NCBI GenBank assembly: GCA_964016885.1
Contig: OZ024743.1
Span: 18,414,001-18,478,000, forward strand
DNA from: Eledone cirrhosa
Lineage: Eukaryota
Reading direction: 5' to 3'
Length of the DNA stretch: 64,000 nt
Shown here: positions 25,726 to 39,134 of the stretch, in pieces
How the letters are laid out: each line of letters opens with the position of its first letter
Numbering within the stretch: the stretch's first letter is position 1
Made by a program: the position numbers and the translations under genes
Notes under the pieces: generated by a model
Database searches by the model: none
What the model saw: only the letters and a program-made list of their open reading frames with translations
What the model was told of the DNA's origin: nothing

Positions 25726-26790
25726 CTAAAATATGTTCCACAAGAGGAATGATGTCGATAGACTCTACTTAAGGAGATCTGAAGGTGGAAGAGGTCTTTT
25801 CAGCATAGAGGACTGTGTTCAGATGGAGAAAAACAACCTACACAAATACGTGACTGATAGTAAGGAGCCAATGCTCAGAACTGTACTGAAAGAGGGGACA
25901 ATAGGCCAGGGGATGTCCAAGGAGGAAATAACATCCAGGAGAAAGAGCAGCCTTCAGGAAAAATCCCTTCATAGTACCTTCTTTGAGAAAACTGAATTTA
26001 GAAATCCACAGACATAGAACTGGTTGAAAAGAGGAGACCTTAAAAAGGCTACAGAAGGAATGTTAATGGCTGCGCAGGAGAAGGCCCTCAAAACGAAGTG
26101 GTTGAAACACCACATTTACAAGGAGGAGGCTAGCCCACTGTGCAGGATCTGTGGAGAGAGAGAGGAGACTGTGGCTCACATTGTATGCGAGTGTAAACAC
26201 CTAGCCCAGACTCACTATAAGGGCTGGAGACATGATGTGATGGGCAGGGTGATCCACTGGCACCTATGCAAAGTAAACAATTTACCACATTCTGAGAAGT
26301 GGTATGAGCATAAGCCAGAGGCGGTGATAGAAAACGATCAGGTGAAGGTGCTGTGTGATTTTAGGATACAGACGGACAAGAAACTGGAACACAATAGACC
26401 TGACCTGGTGGTTTTGGACAAAGAAAAAAGATCGTGCCTGATTGTGGATGTGGCCTGCCCATTCGACACGAGAGTGCAAAAGAAGGAGAGGGAGAAAATT
26501 AACCGATACCAGGACTTAAAGTGGGAAGTAAAAAGGATTTGGAACTGCCACGAAGTCAAAGTGATCCCGATTGTCATAGGCGCACTAGGGACTATCTCAA
26601 AAAGTTTCCAGGGATGGTTAAAGAAAATTGGCCCCTTCACGCTTTTTGGAACGCGTCAAAAATCATGCTTGCTGGGAACAGCAAGAACCCTCCGATACGT
26701 CCTGAATATCTGAGGCTGCAGGTAGTGTATTGATATTCATTTCAACAAACTTTCCAGTTAACTAACATCAATGACTGAGACTCAAAGAGT
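25726..26790 (+). mobile_element. R4/Dong-type LINE 3' fragment (zinc knuckle + restriction-like endonuclease) in (TAA)n
   Basis: RLYLRRSEGGRGL, CRICGEREETVAHIVCEC, RHD, NRPDLVV...DVACPFD...EKINRYQDL, PIVIGALG. In-frame stop at 26015-26017. (TAA)n on both sides. Confidence 0.92.
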
Positions 26791-26950
26791 AATAACAATG
26801 ATAATAATAGTAATAATAATAAATGTGAAGACTAAAATCCAAAGAGGGTTCGATAAGGATAAATATATATCAAATATATAAGAACCGTAGAGCTAATATT
26901 TATTAAAATAACATTACATTTCTTTGCTTAAACTTTAATCTGTTATTTTA

Positions 26951-27008
<58 letters not shown>

Positions 27009-27726
27009 AGAGTTGGTACATTTAGATTGCTGTACTATGCATCGATATTATCATTACCAAAGTAACAAGTCGCAAGATAATTGAGGGAGATGCGTTAGAA
27101 TGACATATGTGGGGTGATAACTAAAATAATAGAGAAGAAAATAAAGAAGGCATGAAAGTTACCTTTGCATTTAATTAGTCCCAAATTCTTTTTTAATATA
27201 CCATTTTTTGTTGAAAAAAGAAGTAAGTGACATAGTCACTACTTTAAAACAATAGCGTAAAGTCTTTACAATGCTTTTAATTAAGCATACAGTGTATTGC
27301 AAAATAGACTATATATACATTCATATATATATCGCTATTTCAGAGCACCAATTCTAATTTTCAATTTTTGCTGGACCGGCAAGCGCTCTGTATAATCATT
27401 TCCTGATTATTACTGGAATTCTATAAGAATCCAGCTTCTATAATTTTCGATGGAAGCAGAAGAGTACGTGGTTCTGATGAACGCCAACCAGTGTGAAAAA
27501 CAGACTGCCAGCTTCTCTCCCTTCTTTTACCGAAAAGATATAAGAGACATAGTCACTACTTTAAAACTGATAGGAGGCGTATGGTCTTCTAAATGTTTTT
27601 AATTAAACACACGGTATATTGCTAAATATATTATACATACATTCATGTATATATAATATATATATATATATTTATATATAAACATATAAGGAGAGAGAAA
27701 GAGTGAGAAGGAAAATAGAGACAGAA

Positions 27727-27810
27727 ATAATTGTCTCTACTTTTGGCACAAAGCCAACAATTGTTCCAGTGCATTACTGGTACTTTATTTTATCGACCCC
27801 GTAAAGATGA
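27727..27810 (-). mobile_element. 3' fragment of the Meta-type SINE
   Basis: CAGTGCATTACTGGTACTTTATTTTATCGACCCCGTAAAGATGA matches ~1092-1156. Confidence 0.75.
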
Positions 27811-30592
27811 GATTATACGGTTATTAAACTGTGTAGGTAAATCTGATTATGCGTGTGTTAGCATAATCTTATGTGATTGTTGTATGTCTGTGTGATATAA
27901 TCCCGGGCTGGAATCGGATCATGCGAGAATGAATGGTTGGCAGCTGACAAAGCTGGGCTATTTCAAGAAGTGGGTAGATGAAGAAGCGTAGTTCGGTAGT
28001 GAATATCTCACTTATAACGGAAGCGTCATGGGGTGAAGTTGTGATGAAGAACAATGATGAGGTAAAGTAGTTAGACGTGTTCCTTTGGGAGTGAGCCTAT
28101 TTGCGATAGTGATTTTAGTGTGTGAGGTTGGACTGATAATACATGAGTGTAGTGCTAACGTTTAAGTTGTAGTATACTTGGCTGTGTTAATATGATTAGT
28201 TAAATATTCGCGTGAGTAAAATTAAGTAATATGTGCTTGGAATGGGTAGGCTAAACAAAGAGGGGCGTTGCGTATTGTCCGTGGCAAGCAGTGAGGCCTA
28301 AAATTGTAGGGTGGTGATTAGAGTGTACGATGATGCTGAAACGTCAATGAGGGGGGACTCGTTGCGAGTCGGGATAACATGTATATGTATATATGGGGAG
28401 TGGGTGGTCTATCATTTTTATTATGTAAATTCTAATTTCTTTTACCATTTCATGCGAATTGATATAGTGTTTACACTTGGCATAGTCTACTATGGATGTT
28501 ATATTTTCTTCTTTAAATCGTTCAAATGCCATTTCATTCCACTCTCATTCATATAAATAGCACGAATTATTTTTTTCTTTCGTTGATTTGTAGTATATTT
28601 TTATTAGGAAACTACATCCTTTGCAAAGTGATTTTCTCCAATATGGACGGTAAAATTATTATATTAGTGACTTATTACTTGCGTATTTTTATTATTTTTT
28701 TTTTTTTAGATAAGTGTATTTGTGTTATTTCCATTATGAAGCTGTTAGCTAAATATTAATTATAGAAAGGCAAATCGCAAATTTATAAAGTCTGATGATA
28801 TATAGATTAGGTGTCCATAAGTTATATCATTTAATGGAGAAACATTTGTGTTTTTTTACTGCAAACCGAACTTATAAATCTTTGCATGAATGGATACCTA
28901 TAAAATGTTGGTACATTTTTCTTTTGATATAGGATATGAAAGCAAATCTCAGTTTTCTGTGTGCCACATTGTTTTGCGTTCAATTTACTGTTTGAAGCAT
29001 TATATCAATTGCAACATTGTAGATATTTTAGCATTAGATAATGTCTATGCAGATGCTGCAGTGAACATATGTATTGAATAGATAAATAGATCAATTACAG
29101 TTATTTTTTTATTATAAGTTATTGTCTGGAAATCGAACCGAAGACCTTTGTTCGGTGTTCCGTTTCATTTATCATATTCCATATTCTAGTTATTATGATG
29201 TTTAAAGACGTTTATTAAAATATTTGCATATAGCATTAGTTGTAATAATTTAGGTTACCGATCATCATTTAACTTGAACACATGAAATCTACAGAGTACT
29301 TTTCTCTGAGAAATTGCTGTGCTACTCATTTTCCATATTCATAACATTTACAAACTACTTCATGAAACACACCAACCCCCATCTATATGCCAATTATTCC
29401 TCACAGTTTCAATTGACACGAGATAATTTTACAAATTGCCTTATATAAAGAAATTTAGGTTATTGGAATCTAAACGTATATAATTAAATACATAATGTAT
29501 TGTCATATTGGCTTACATGCGTTTTAATATATCACCTGCATTCTCATCGACTCTATTTCGATCTTTCTATTTTTTTTTTGTACGTCTGCAAACATATCCT
29601 TTTATTTTGGTGCTTAGGAAAATCTCATATTAACGATCATCACTAACGAACTTAACACATATGAATTATCTTTTCAGATAATCAGTAATAGTCTTCTCTC
29701 TCTCTAAATCTGATAAGAATCTTAAAGTTGAAAATAAAATATGGGAAAATCATAATGAATAAATTTGAATGACTGTTATATAGAATCGAAATTAAAATAA
29801 CATTACATTTGTGTCATGTAATAATTTGTGATATGAAATAGTGTGTTGAAACATATATGTGTATATTTGGTAATGCTCAAGTTGCCAGGATTGCAAATAA
29901 TTTTCAATTCATATGATTATCAATTCATAGTTATTACAATTCTTTCGTTAGATTGAGCCATCACATACAGAATTTCCGTTTTTGCTTCATATATATATAT
30001 ATATATATATATTAGTAAAAGGAAAAGAAAATGCTGACACATTTTTCCCAGTGAAAAATAGTTTAATTAGGAATAAGTATAAATTAGTAATAAGTATTGG
30101 TTAGTATTCAGTTTTAGTTTTAAGTTTTTACCGGTTGCGCATTTCTAATGCTTTTCAAAGATAATTTGGAGATAGAGCGCCCGTGTTGTTTGCTCTAATC
30201 AGATCAGTACTGGAAATTCTTCCTGTTTTATGTGAAAAAAGTGGCTCCAGAGGTATTAGGATTTGGTTGGTTGTTGAATGTCACGTGAATGAGTACTATA
30301 AATATCACGCCAATTCGTGTTGCAAAAATTCTTGTAGTCAAAACAAATTTGATTGGTCGGTAGAGGTCAGGTGAATGTTTAAAATTGATTTTGCGCCAAA
30401 TGTAGGTTTGTCGAAGAGTGTCCCTTTTCGCCTGATTGAGAAGTCACTGAAAAATAAGTCTTTTAAGACAAGTATGTGTGTGTGTGTGTCTAGTAAAGAG
30501 GTTCATTGTTGTGATAATTGTCAGTAGGGATGTGTGACTGAATTGCAGTCATGTTGAAAGGTCAACAGTTCAAGTGCCTATTAAGACAAATA

Positions 30593-30645
<53 letters not shown>

Positions 30646-31338
30646 CAGAGTGGTTCGTGGTAGAGGGATGGATTGGGTCATTAGGAATGTGTCTGTACGT
30701 CTGTGGGGGATATTTTAACATGATGGAAGATATTTTTCAGCTCTTGTCTTATACGGAGAAGTGTGTGTGTGTGTGTGTATGTCTGTTTGTATGTTAGTGT
30801 ACGCGTGTGTATGTGTGTGTATGTGTGTATATGTGTGTATGTGTGCGTGTGTGTGTGTGTGTGTATGTGTGCGTGTGTGGATGGACCAGTATGTTTGTGA
30901 TACTGGTAAAAATGTTGTACATTATTCGATATCTTCAGTAATTTGCAAAAACGATTCTCTCAAAAGAACATCAAAAACATTAATAATAAAAGGGGTGAAA
31001 TGATGTATAGTATTGTCATAAGACCAAGGTGTGTGTCAGTTTCCAGATTGTACGTACTGTAAGGGGAATCCATTAGGCCCTGCCGTATGGGAATACTTGT
31101 TTACAAATATGTATGTGCCAATCAGTGTGCAATGCATGTGTGCGTATATGTATGTGTGCGTGCCGGTACGTTTATATCTATAGACATCAAAAGGTATGCA
31201 AATTTGTGTATATTTGTGTTGCACCATAGAACATGTGTGTTTACGTGTGTCATTGTGTTTATATGTGGATAGAAATGTATGTGGGATGTATGCTTATGTA
31301 GGTATGTATGTTGACGTGTGTATGTTGTGGGTTCGTCT

Positions 31339-33590
31339 TAGGGAGAAGTGTTTAGACGGGGTCCGTATTTGTTAATAACGTGAAATTCCTTGCTGATGCG
31401 CTGGGTGTGGGTGGCATTATCTTTAAATTTGAAGAGGGGAAAGATTCTAAATTTGGGATGATTTTGGGCGGCATATGTATCAATGTATTCACTCAGTGGT
31501 ATTTTTCTCTATTCCCGTATTTTAATTTGGGATCTATGTACAGTCATGCGCTGGCAGAGTCTGTTTTTAGTCTGGCCTATGTATTGTTTTCGACAACCTG
31601 AGCAAGTTAATACATATATTAGATTTTCTGATGCGCATGTGAAATTGTGTTTTACTATAAAACGTTGTCCTTCTTTGAAATAGAATTCCGAACCATCTAT
31701 TAGGTTGATGCATATCCCACAGTTGGGTCTATCGCATTTTTTACTGTGGGTTCTGTTGTTGTGGTTGGAAGTATTTTGGCATGTGTTAGGATGTTTTTCA
31801 TTGACATAGATTGTCTTTTGCTCTTTATGCTATCGTGTATTCGAAGGGTTTTGTTCATTCAATGAACCTTTTTTAACACAGTGATGTTCTGGAGGATGGT
31901 GTCAAAGGCCTCATTGTTGAGGGTGTTGTGTGTGGAGATGTATGGAAGAGCTTTTAGTTTCGGTTCATTTACTTTAGGGTATCTAAGGTCCTGGGTACTG
32001 AGTTTTAGGGCACGTTGGATTCCATTGTCAATTAGTGATGCAGGGTAGTCCCTGCCTATGAGTGTGCCCTTTAGTTCTTGTAGCCGTAAGAAACAGGTGT
32101 TTTTATTGGAGACTATAGTACAGATTCTCTTGGCTAAGTTGTAGGGAATATTAATTTTAACGTGTCTAGGGTGGCAAGAGTTGAAAGGAAGACATTGCTT
32201 TGAGTCTGTGGGCTTGTAGTATATGTCTGTTTCTAAATTTGTTTGTTATGAATCTTAATGTGGATGTCGTGGAAGGGGAGGTGTTGATGGCTGTATTCCA
32301 TCGTAAAGTTAATATTCGTGTTGAGCCCATTTATAAGGGTGTGAAACTCTTTAAGTTTTTCGATGTTTCGATGAAGCAATCATCTAGATATCGCTTCCAG
32401 TTCTTTTCTATGTGGAAGTGGAGAGTGTTTCCAAATTTGTTTAGTACTTTAGTGTAGAGAGTGATTTCCAGGTATCCCATGACTAGGTTGGCATAAGTGG
32501 GGGCTGTTTTCGTTCCCATAGCGGTCCCAGATTTCTGCCTGTATGATTTGTTATTGAAAACGAAGTAACTATTCTCCAAGATAAATTTGAGTCCCTCTAT
32601 CACGAATTCTTTTTGATGCGTTGTGGGAGTTCATTGTGGTAATTATCCAGCCATAATTGGATAGCTTCTATTCCTAGGTTGTGGGGGATGTTGGAGTATA
32701 GGTTGACAAAATCGAATGTCACTAGTAGGATTTGTTCAGAAAGGGGCATATTAGGGAGGTGATTGAGCATATCTAGGTCGTCTCTTATATAGCTTTTGAT
32801 GTGTTTGAGAAAAGGCTTGAGAAGGGTATCAATGAAGTTGCTAAGGCGGTGGGTTTCGCAAGCGGGGTCTGCTATTGTAGGTCTTAATTTGATATCATTG
32901 GGTGAGGGGACATTGATGACTATATCTGTGGCTTCCTTGCATGCCTTACTTATTAAATTCGCTTTTATGTACTTTAGCGATACCGTAGAAAAGGCTGGAT
33001 TTACTTGTGAAGTCTGTGATGAAGCTGAATTTCTTGTTAGTGAGTCCTTCTATTTTATTGGTTGTTCAGAGATTTTATGTTTCTCATAATTTTCTGTTGA
33101 TTGTAGTGCTCAGCCTTTTCGTAGTATGTTTCGTTTTCCAAAGTGGAGAGCGCTAAGTTGATATAGAATTCTGTCCCATTAAGACTACTGTACTCCCTTT
33201 ATCAGCCTCTTTAATTGTAATAGTTCTGTCGGTTTTTAATCTATTTAATTCTTCCCATTCTTTCTTGTTGAGTTTTGACTTGTGCTTTTCTCTGTTAGAG
33301 TTGGTAAGGGAAGTTTGTGATGTGTTCACAGAGTTCGTCCAGGATTTCCTTTCTACCTTTTGATGGGGTGTAGTTGCTCTATTTCTGGCTAATGATTCAT
33401 CCTCATTGTACTGGTCGAATAGTTCTTCACTGAGTCGTAACTTTCTACAGAAGTCTGTGAAGTCTTCCTTCATTTCATAGTAGTTAGGATGTAGTGGGGT
33501 CGGTGTGAATTTAAGACCTTTGGAGAGTAAGTTGATAAGGTTGGGTGTTGGTTCTGCACTAGTTATATTGATAATTTTTATTACTCTTGG
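31339..33590 (-). pseudogene. Penelope family A RT + GIY-YIG, fragmented
   Basis: LLSKGLKFTPTP, IKEADKGSTVV, QKSGTAMGTKTAPTYANLVMGYLE, WKRYLDD, SCHPRH..NIPYNLA.RICTIV, CDRPNCGIC, NLIYVLTCSGC..QYIG. Confidence 0.9.
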
Positions 33591-34776
33591 TTTCTCCGCC
33601 CTGTCTTGTGTTATTTTGTTTGCCTGTATATCTGTGCTGTGTCTAAAAAATGGTTGGGGTAGAGGGGTTGTCTGCTGATGTTAAGTGGTCTCCTGTGTTT
33701 GTTATATTCCTTGTTGTTGTAACATGTGGTTCGGTTTCGTGGTTGTGGATTGAATGGGGTGTTCCTGTATTGTGAGTATGGATGTGTATTTATATGTGCC
33801 ATGTTGGAATGTGGTGTTATAGGTGGCCTACGTTGTTGGTTGTATCGTGTGGTGTAGGTTAGTCGTGTATTGTGGAAGCGAGAGTTGAGAAAATAGATAT
33901 TACCTTGCTGTCGCCTTGTAGCGGGGAAGTTGTTACATCTATCATGGTGGTGGTATCTTTTCCCTATGTTTGACGATGAGGCATCCGCGTAGTAGTTGAG
34001 AGATTTGGTATGGTGTCTCCTTGAAGGGAATAAGTTGTAAATGTCATTCTATGGTGATGATTTCTAGGGTTTTTGTTCCTTCTTATGGAAACGAGGTTGG
34101 GAAGTTCATATTCGGTGGGGTGCTTCCTTCTTCTTTTGTTAGTAGCTGGGGGGGGGGATTGCGAAGTCGCTGTGCGGTTCGGTTATGGGTTTTCCTATTT
34201 TTATAAACGGGTTATTGGAGGTGTAATCCGTTTGAAAGTCGATTCATAGTTTAGGAACCAAGCGGCACTTACATATTTGACACAGGTATTCCCATACGGC
34301 AAGGCCTAATGGATTCCCCTTGCAGTACGTACAATCTGGACACTCACACACACCTTGGTCTTATAACAATACTATACATCATTTCACCCCTTTTATTATT
34401 AATGATTTTGATGTTCTTTTGAGAGAATCGTCTTTGCAAATTATTGAAATATCGAATAATGTACACCATTTTTACCAGTATCACAAACATACTGGTGCAT
34501 CCACACACATACACACACACACATACATACACACATACACACACATACACACATACACACACACGTACAGACGCGTACACTAACATACAGACATACATAC
34601 ACGCACACACACACACTTCTCCGTATAAGACAAGAGCTGAAAAATATCTTTCATCATGTTAAAATATCCCCCACACACGTAAATACACATTCCTACTCAC
34701 CGAATCGCTCTACCACAAACGACTCTGCTACAAAAACACACACACACACACACACACATACACACACACACACACA

Positions 34777-34862
<86 letters not shown>

Positions 34863-35301
34863 AACACACACTTAGTTGTCTTAATAGACACTTGAACTGT
34901 TGACCTTTCAACATGACTGCAAATCACACACACATCCCTACTGACCATTATCACAACAATGAACCTCTTTACTAGACACACACACACACATATTTGTCTT
35001 AAAAGACTTATTTTTCAGTGACTTCTCAATTAGGCGAAAAGGGACACTCTTCGACAAACCTACATTTGGCGCAAAATCAATTTTTAACATTCACCTGACC
35101 TCTACCGACCAATCAAATTTGTTTTGACTACAAGAATTTTTGCAACACGAATTGACGTGAAATTTATAGTACTCATTCACGTGACATTAAACAACCAACC
35201 AAATCTTGATACCTCTGGAGCCACTTTTTTCACATAAAACAGGATGAATTTCCAAAACTGATCAGATTAGAGCAAACATCACGGGCGCTCTATCTCCAAA
35301 T

Positions 35302-35340
35302 TATTTTTGAAAAGCATTAGAAATGCGCAACCGGTAAAAG
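35302..35340 (+). ncRNA. Variant minimal hammerhead-like motif in the family A pLTR
   Basis: TTT-TTGAAAA-GCAT(tagaa)ATGC-GCAA-CCGG-TA-AAA. Also present at 9304-9342 (-) and 30125-30160 (-), and at 48035-48072 (+, GCAG). Confidence 0.5.
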
Positions 35341-35487
35341 CTTAAAACTAAAACTGAATACTATCCAATACTTATTACTAATTTATACTTATTCCTAATT
35401 AAACTATTGTTCACTGTGAAAAAATTGTCAGCATTTTCTTTTCCTTTTACTAATATATCAAATTTCGTGTGTTACACCTCTATTTTT

Positions 35488-35537
<50 letters not shown>

Positions 35538-36391
35538 CATGATATTGTAGCGTAGAATATGACGGGATTGGGATGCTATTTCTAACAGGCCTAGCTATCA
35601 CACAATAAAAAAAAACGTTTAATTTATATTAATATATATAGCAGAACTCAATCTATAAGCTCTGAAGATCATTTTCCGTCGTTGAAAATAGAAGAATATA
35701 TACATGGCAACAAGGAATGCTTGACGTTTTATATTACTTGAGGCTATAGAGCCTAAATAATTATCTGGTATTTATTAATATTGAAGTTATCTATAGTAAC
35801 ATACCATCTTCAAATGCCCCAGTATCGCATGACTCAATTTGGACTATCATAATTATTGTTTTCTACTGTTTCCAGGGTTAGATTATTGCTATGTTAGATA
35901 CGATATGCGTATTTTTGTCTTTCATTCTACTTAAATGTAATATCGAGCGTATTAATAATCATGTTATTTAAGCTTACTTCTCTAATAAAGCATCATTAAT
36001 CCATATAGGTAATAGAATATAAATATATATATTAAAATCTCATCTGAGATAACGAAGGATAAATAATTAAGGAATTCCAAGACGCATATAGAAAATATTA
36101 GAGATTAAAATAAGCAGCTCACTGATGTGCAATTTTGGCAAAATTCTAACATTCTAAATCCTGTGAAGAATATCAGGAAAAAAACTGGGGAATATATCAA
36201 TGCACAATACAGAATATAGAATAGTCGTAAGACTAGATCTTGTATTGTTTGTATATAACCAAATGTTCCAAGAAGTCTAAGCAGGTATTACTAAAATACA
36301 TTGGAGAAATATGTTACGTATAAGGAAAAATGATACTGTATCAGTTTTTCTACGAAATGTCACATGATTAATAATATATATATTTTAAATG

Positions 36392-36599
36392 ATTTCTGCT
36401 AAAGGCACAATGTCAGCAATTTTTGGGGAAAGGTAAATCGATTACGTCGACGTCAGTGCATTACTGATACTTTATGTTATCGACACCGTACGGGCGAAAT
36501 GCAAAGCCAGCCTCGGAGGGATTTGAAATAAGTGCGTAAATGGTCACACGATTATGGCGCAAATCATAATGTCTCACGCATAGTGCCAATCCTTCGCCC
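36392..36599 (-). mobile_element. Older, diverged Meta-type SINE copy
   Basis: CAGTGCATTACTGATACTTTATGTTATCGAC...CCTCGGAGGGATTTGAA...TGCCAAT aligns by eye with 1076-1264. Confidence 0.75.
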
Positions 36600-37116
36600 T
36601 AATATATATACATATAATAAAACATGAATCTCATTAAAAATATCAGTATAAATGCTCTGCGTTATATTTAATATATATGTGTGCTTGTATGTATACATAT
36701 ATGTACATACTACTGTACGTCTGTATACATATATGTATGTACGTATACATACCTATATTTACGTATCAGACGTACTAAGAGTTAGAAATGAAATTTCCTT
36801 TCATTCTTTTCCATTTATCGTTTTCGGTACGCCCGGCCGACTAACTCACTCGATAGGCAAACTAGGCTGCTCAACCGTTAATATGCATAAGGAAAGTATA
36901 TATTTCCAAACGTTCAATCATCTGACAGGAAGGTATACAATGCTGACGATAGCTAATAAGCTTGAAACTAGTTCATCGTTCTTTTGTCAGTGTTGAACAA
37001 AGGGGCAACGATGGTTGCCGAACACTGTACGGCTTAATTCGGGCTGTTTGTTTACAAGCAAACCGGACGTTATAATAAATGTTCGGTAAACCCATACATA
37101 TATATATATATATATA

Positions 37117-37496
37117 CGTTATTCCGGTTTGAATCGGAGGAAACCACAGTAAGTAAGGTACTCAATACATAGCAGAGTATAACAGTTTTAATATAGATGA
37201 GATTCTACAGGACTAGAACTGTTTCATTCATTAGAAATCATCAGGAATCTGGGTATCAAAAAATAAATATGGTATTTATAGGTCTCTACAAGTGGTAGGA
37301 GAGGGTGGGGAGTTGGATGGGTGCAGGTCATTGGTTGATAGAAAAGGGAATTCATTAAAAGCTAATTCTACAAAGCTATAGTTAATTTTTATTTTTATTT
37401 ATATTTATTTATGTTTATTTATGTTTTTAGAGTAAAATAAAAATAAAAATAAAATAAAAATATTTATTTATGTTTTTAGAGTAAAATAAAAATTAA

Positions 37497-37527
<31 letters not shown>

Positions 37528-37731
37528 TAAAAATTAACTATAGCTTTGTAGAATTAGCTTTTAATGAATTCCCTTTTCTATCAACCAATGACCTGCACCC
37601 ATCCAACTCCCCACCCTCTCCTACCACTTGTAGAGACCTATAAATACCATATTTATTTTTTGATACCCAGATTCCTGATGATTTCTAATGAATGAAACAG
37701 TTCTAGTCCTGTAGAATCTCATCTATATTAA

Positions 37732-37735
<4 letters not shown>
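37117..37735. repeat. Young fold-back element, apparently perfect ~215-bp arms, hammerhead-like motif (family C)
   Basis: 37184-37400 is the reverse complement of 37519-37735. CTGATGA-TTTCTAATGAAT-GAAA-CAGTTC lies at ~37676-37703. (TA)n flanks. Confidence 0.88.
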
Positions 37736-37784
<49 letters not shown>

Positions 37785-37947
37785 CACGTATGTATATATA
37801 TATATACATACTACTGAACGTCTGTATACATATATGTATGTATGTATACATACTTATAAGTATCAGTATCAGCCGTACTAAGAGTGAGAAATTAAATTTC
37901 GTTTCATTATTTTCCATATATATATATATATATAAACATAGATATGA

Positions 37948-38235
37948 AGGCGCATGGATTAGGGGTTAGAGCATTAGGCTTGCAATCGAAAGGTTTTTAG
38001 TTCAATTCTCGGACCGGGTGATGTTCTGTTTCCTTGAGCAAGACACTTTATTTCACCTTGCTCCAGTTTACACACCTGAAAATGAGTACCAGCAATAGCT
38101 GGAGGTTTAACCCTGCGATAGACTGGCGTCTTATCCAAGGGGGAGTCTTGTACTCTCAGTCGCTTCACGCCATGAAACCGGGATAAGCACCAGCCAAATG
38201 AGCCTTCTGGCTTAAGACACACTTTAGACCTTTTT
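37948..38235 (+). mobile_element. Second tRNA-derived SINE family (CORE-like block plus V-like block)
   Basis: Head GGCGCATGGATTAGGGGTTAGAGC...AGTTCAATTC, then CCTTGAGCAAGACACTT, AACCCTGCGATAGACTGGCGTC, GAAACCGGGATAAGC and a simple-repeat tail. Confidence 0.8.
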
Positions 38236-38240
38236 TACAT

Positions 38241-38300
<60 letters not shown>

Positions 38301-38308
<8 letters not shown>

Positions 38309-38394
38309 ATACTTTGGGAGGGTCATGTTGCCAATAAGAAACACACGCACCAGTGTGTTATTGGCAACATGACCCTCCCAAAGTATAACAATAT
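38301..38394. repeat. Perfect 37-bp inverted repeat hairpin
   Basis: ATATTGTTATACTTTGGGAGGGTCATGTTGCCAATAA (38301-38337) and its exact reverse complement (38358-38394). Confidence 0.92.
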
Positions 38395-38446
38395 CGGTTT
38401 CAACACACGTTTTCAGATAATAAATCTTGGTAAACAAATCCAGAAA

Positions 38447-38516
<70 letters not shown>

Positions 38517-39134
38517 GTATGTGTGTGTGTATGCGTGTGTGTGGGTATATGTGTGTGTGTGCTTTAAAATGTGATGAAAAGGAAAATATCTATTTGTATA
38601 TATATTAGATAGGTGGATAAGTGTTTGTGTGTGTTTCATGTATGGGAATGAGTATATATTTTAATATTGAAAATATTCGAGCGTAATTATGTGTTAACGT
38701 AATGTGGGAAAGGAGTTGCATCCTTTGGGGAAACTTGGACAAAATATATATAACTATATACTTTTAAAATTAAAGTTTCTCTGTTTATACATTGACCGGT
38801 AACAATGCTACATAAAATAGATAAGGTTTTCCGTGTGTTTTCAACTAATCTGACCTCTGTCAACGTGGCTGTCGACTTATTTTCCGAAAAATGGATTGTG
38901 AATGACTTACTGTTCTTTCTAGCAAACAGGTAGCCTAGTCGTCCGTTACGCTACCTATACATTGAGAGGGAAACGCTACAACTCTCACTCGATTTACCCC
39001 TCCACTCTCTAAAATTATTTTCTGATATCTGACTGACTGGTTTCCTTCTCATCCCACACTAACTAAGTCTTTTTGTTTCTATCTGTATACGTGCCTCTCA
39101 CCCTGTATATAAATATATATATATGTATACATAT

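Larger units (their letters stand above)
30011..35490 (-). mobile_element. Penelope-like element family A (Neptune/Naiad-type) with ~1.1-kb inverted pLTRs
   Basis: 30011-31118 is the reverse complement of 34264-35457. RT and GIY-YIG remnants lie between the arms. (TA)n on both flanks. Confidence 0.92.

Noticed and set aside
31600-31760. Possible selenoprotein (UGA-for-Cys) Naiad-type Penelope
   Set aside because: The cysteines of the CDRPNCGIC linker and the GIY-YIG CxxC are TGC/TGT. A TGA near 31860 falls at a non-Cys position in a decayed copy.
37948-38020. tRNA-like sequence
   Set aside because: The cloverleaf is degenerate and continues into a SINE body, so it is a SINE head rather than a tRNA gene.
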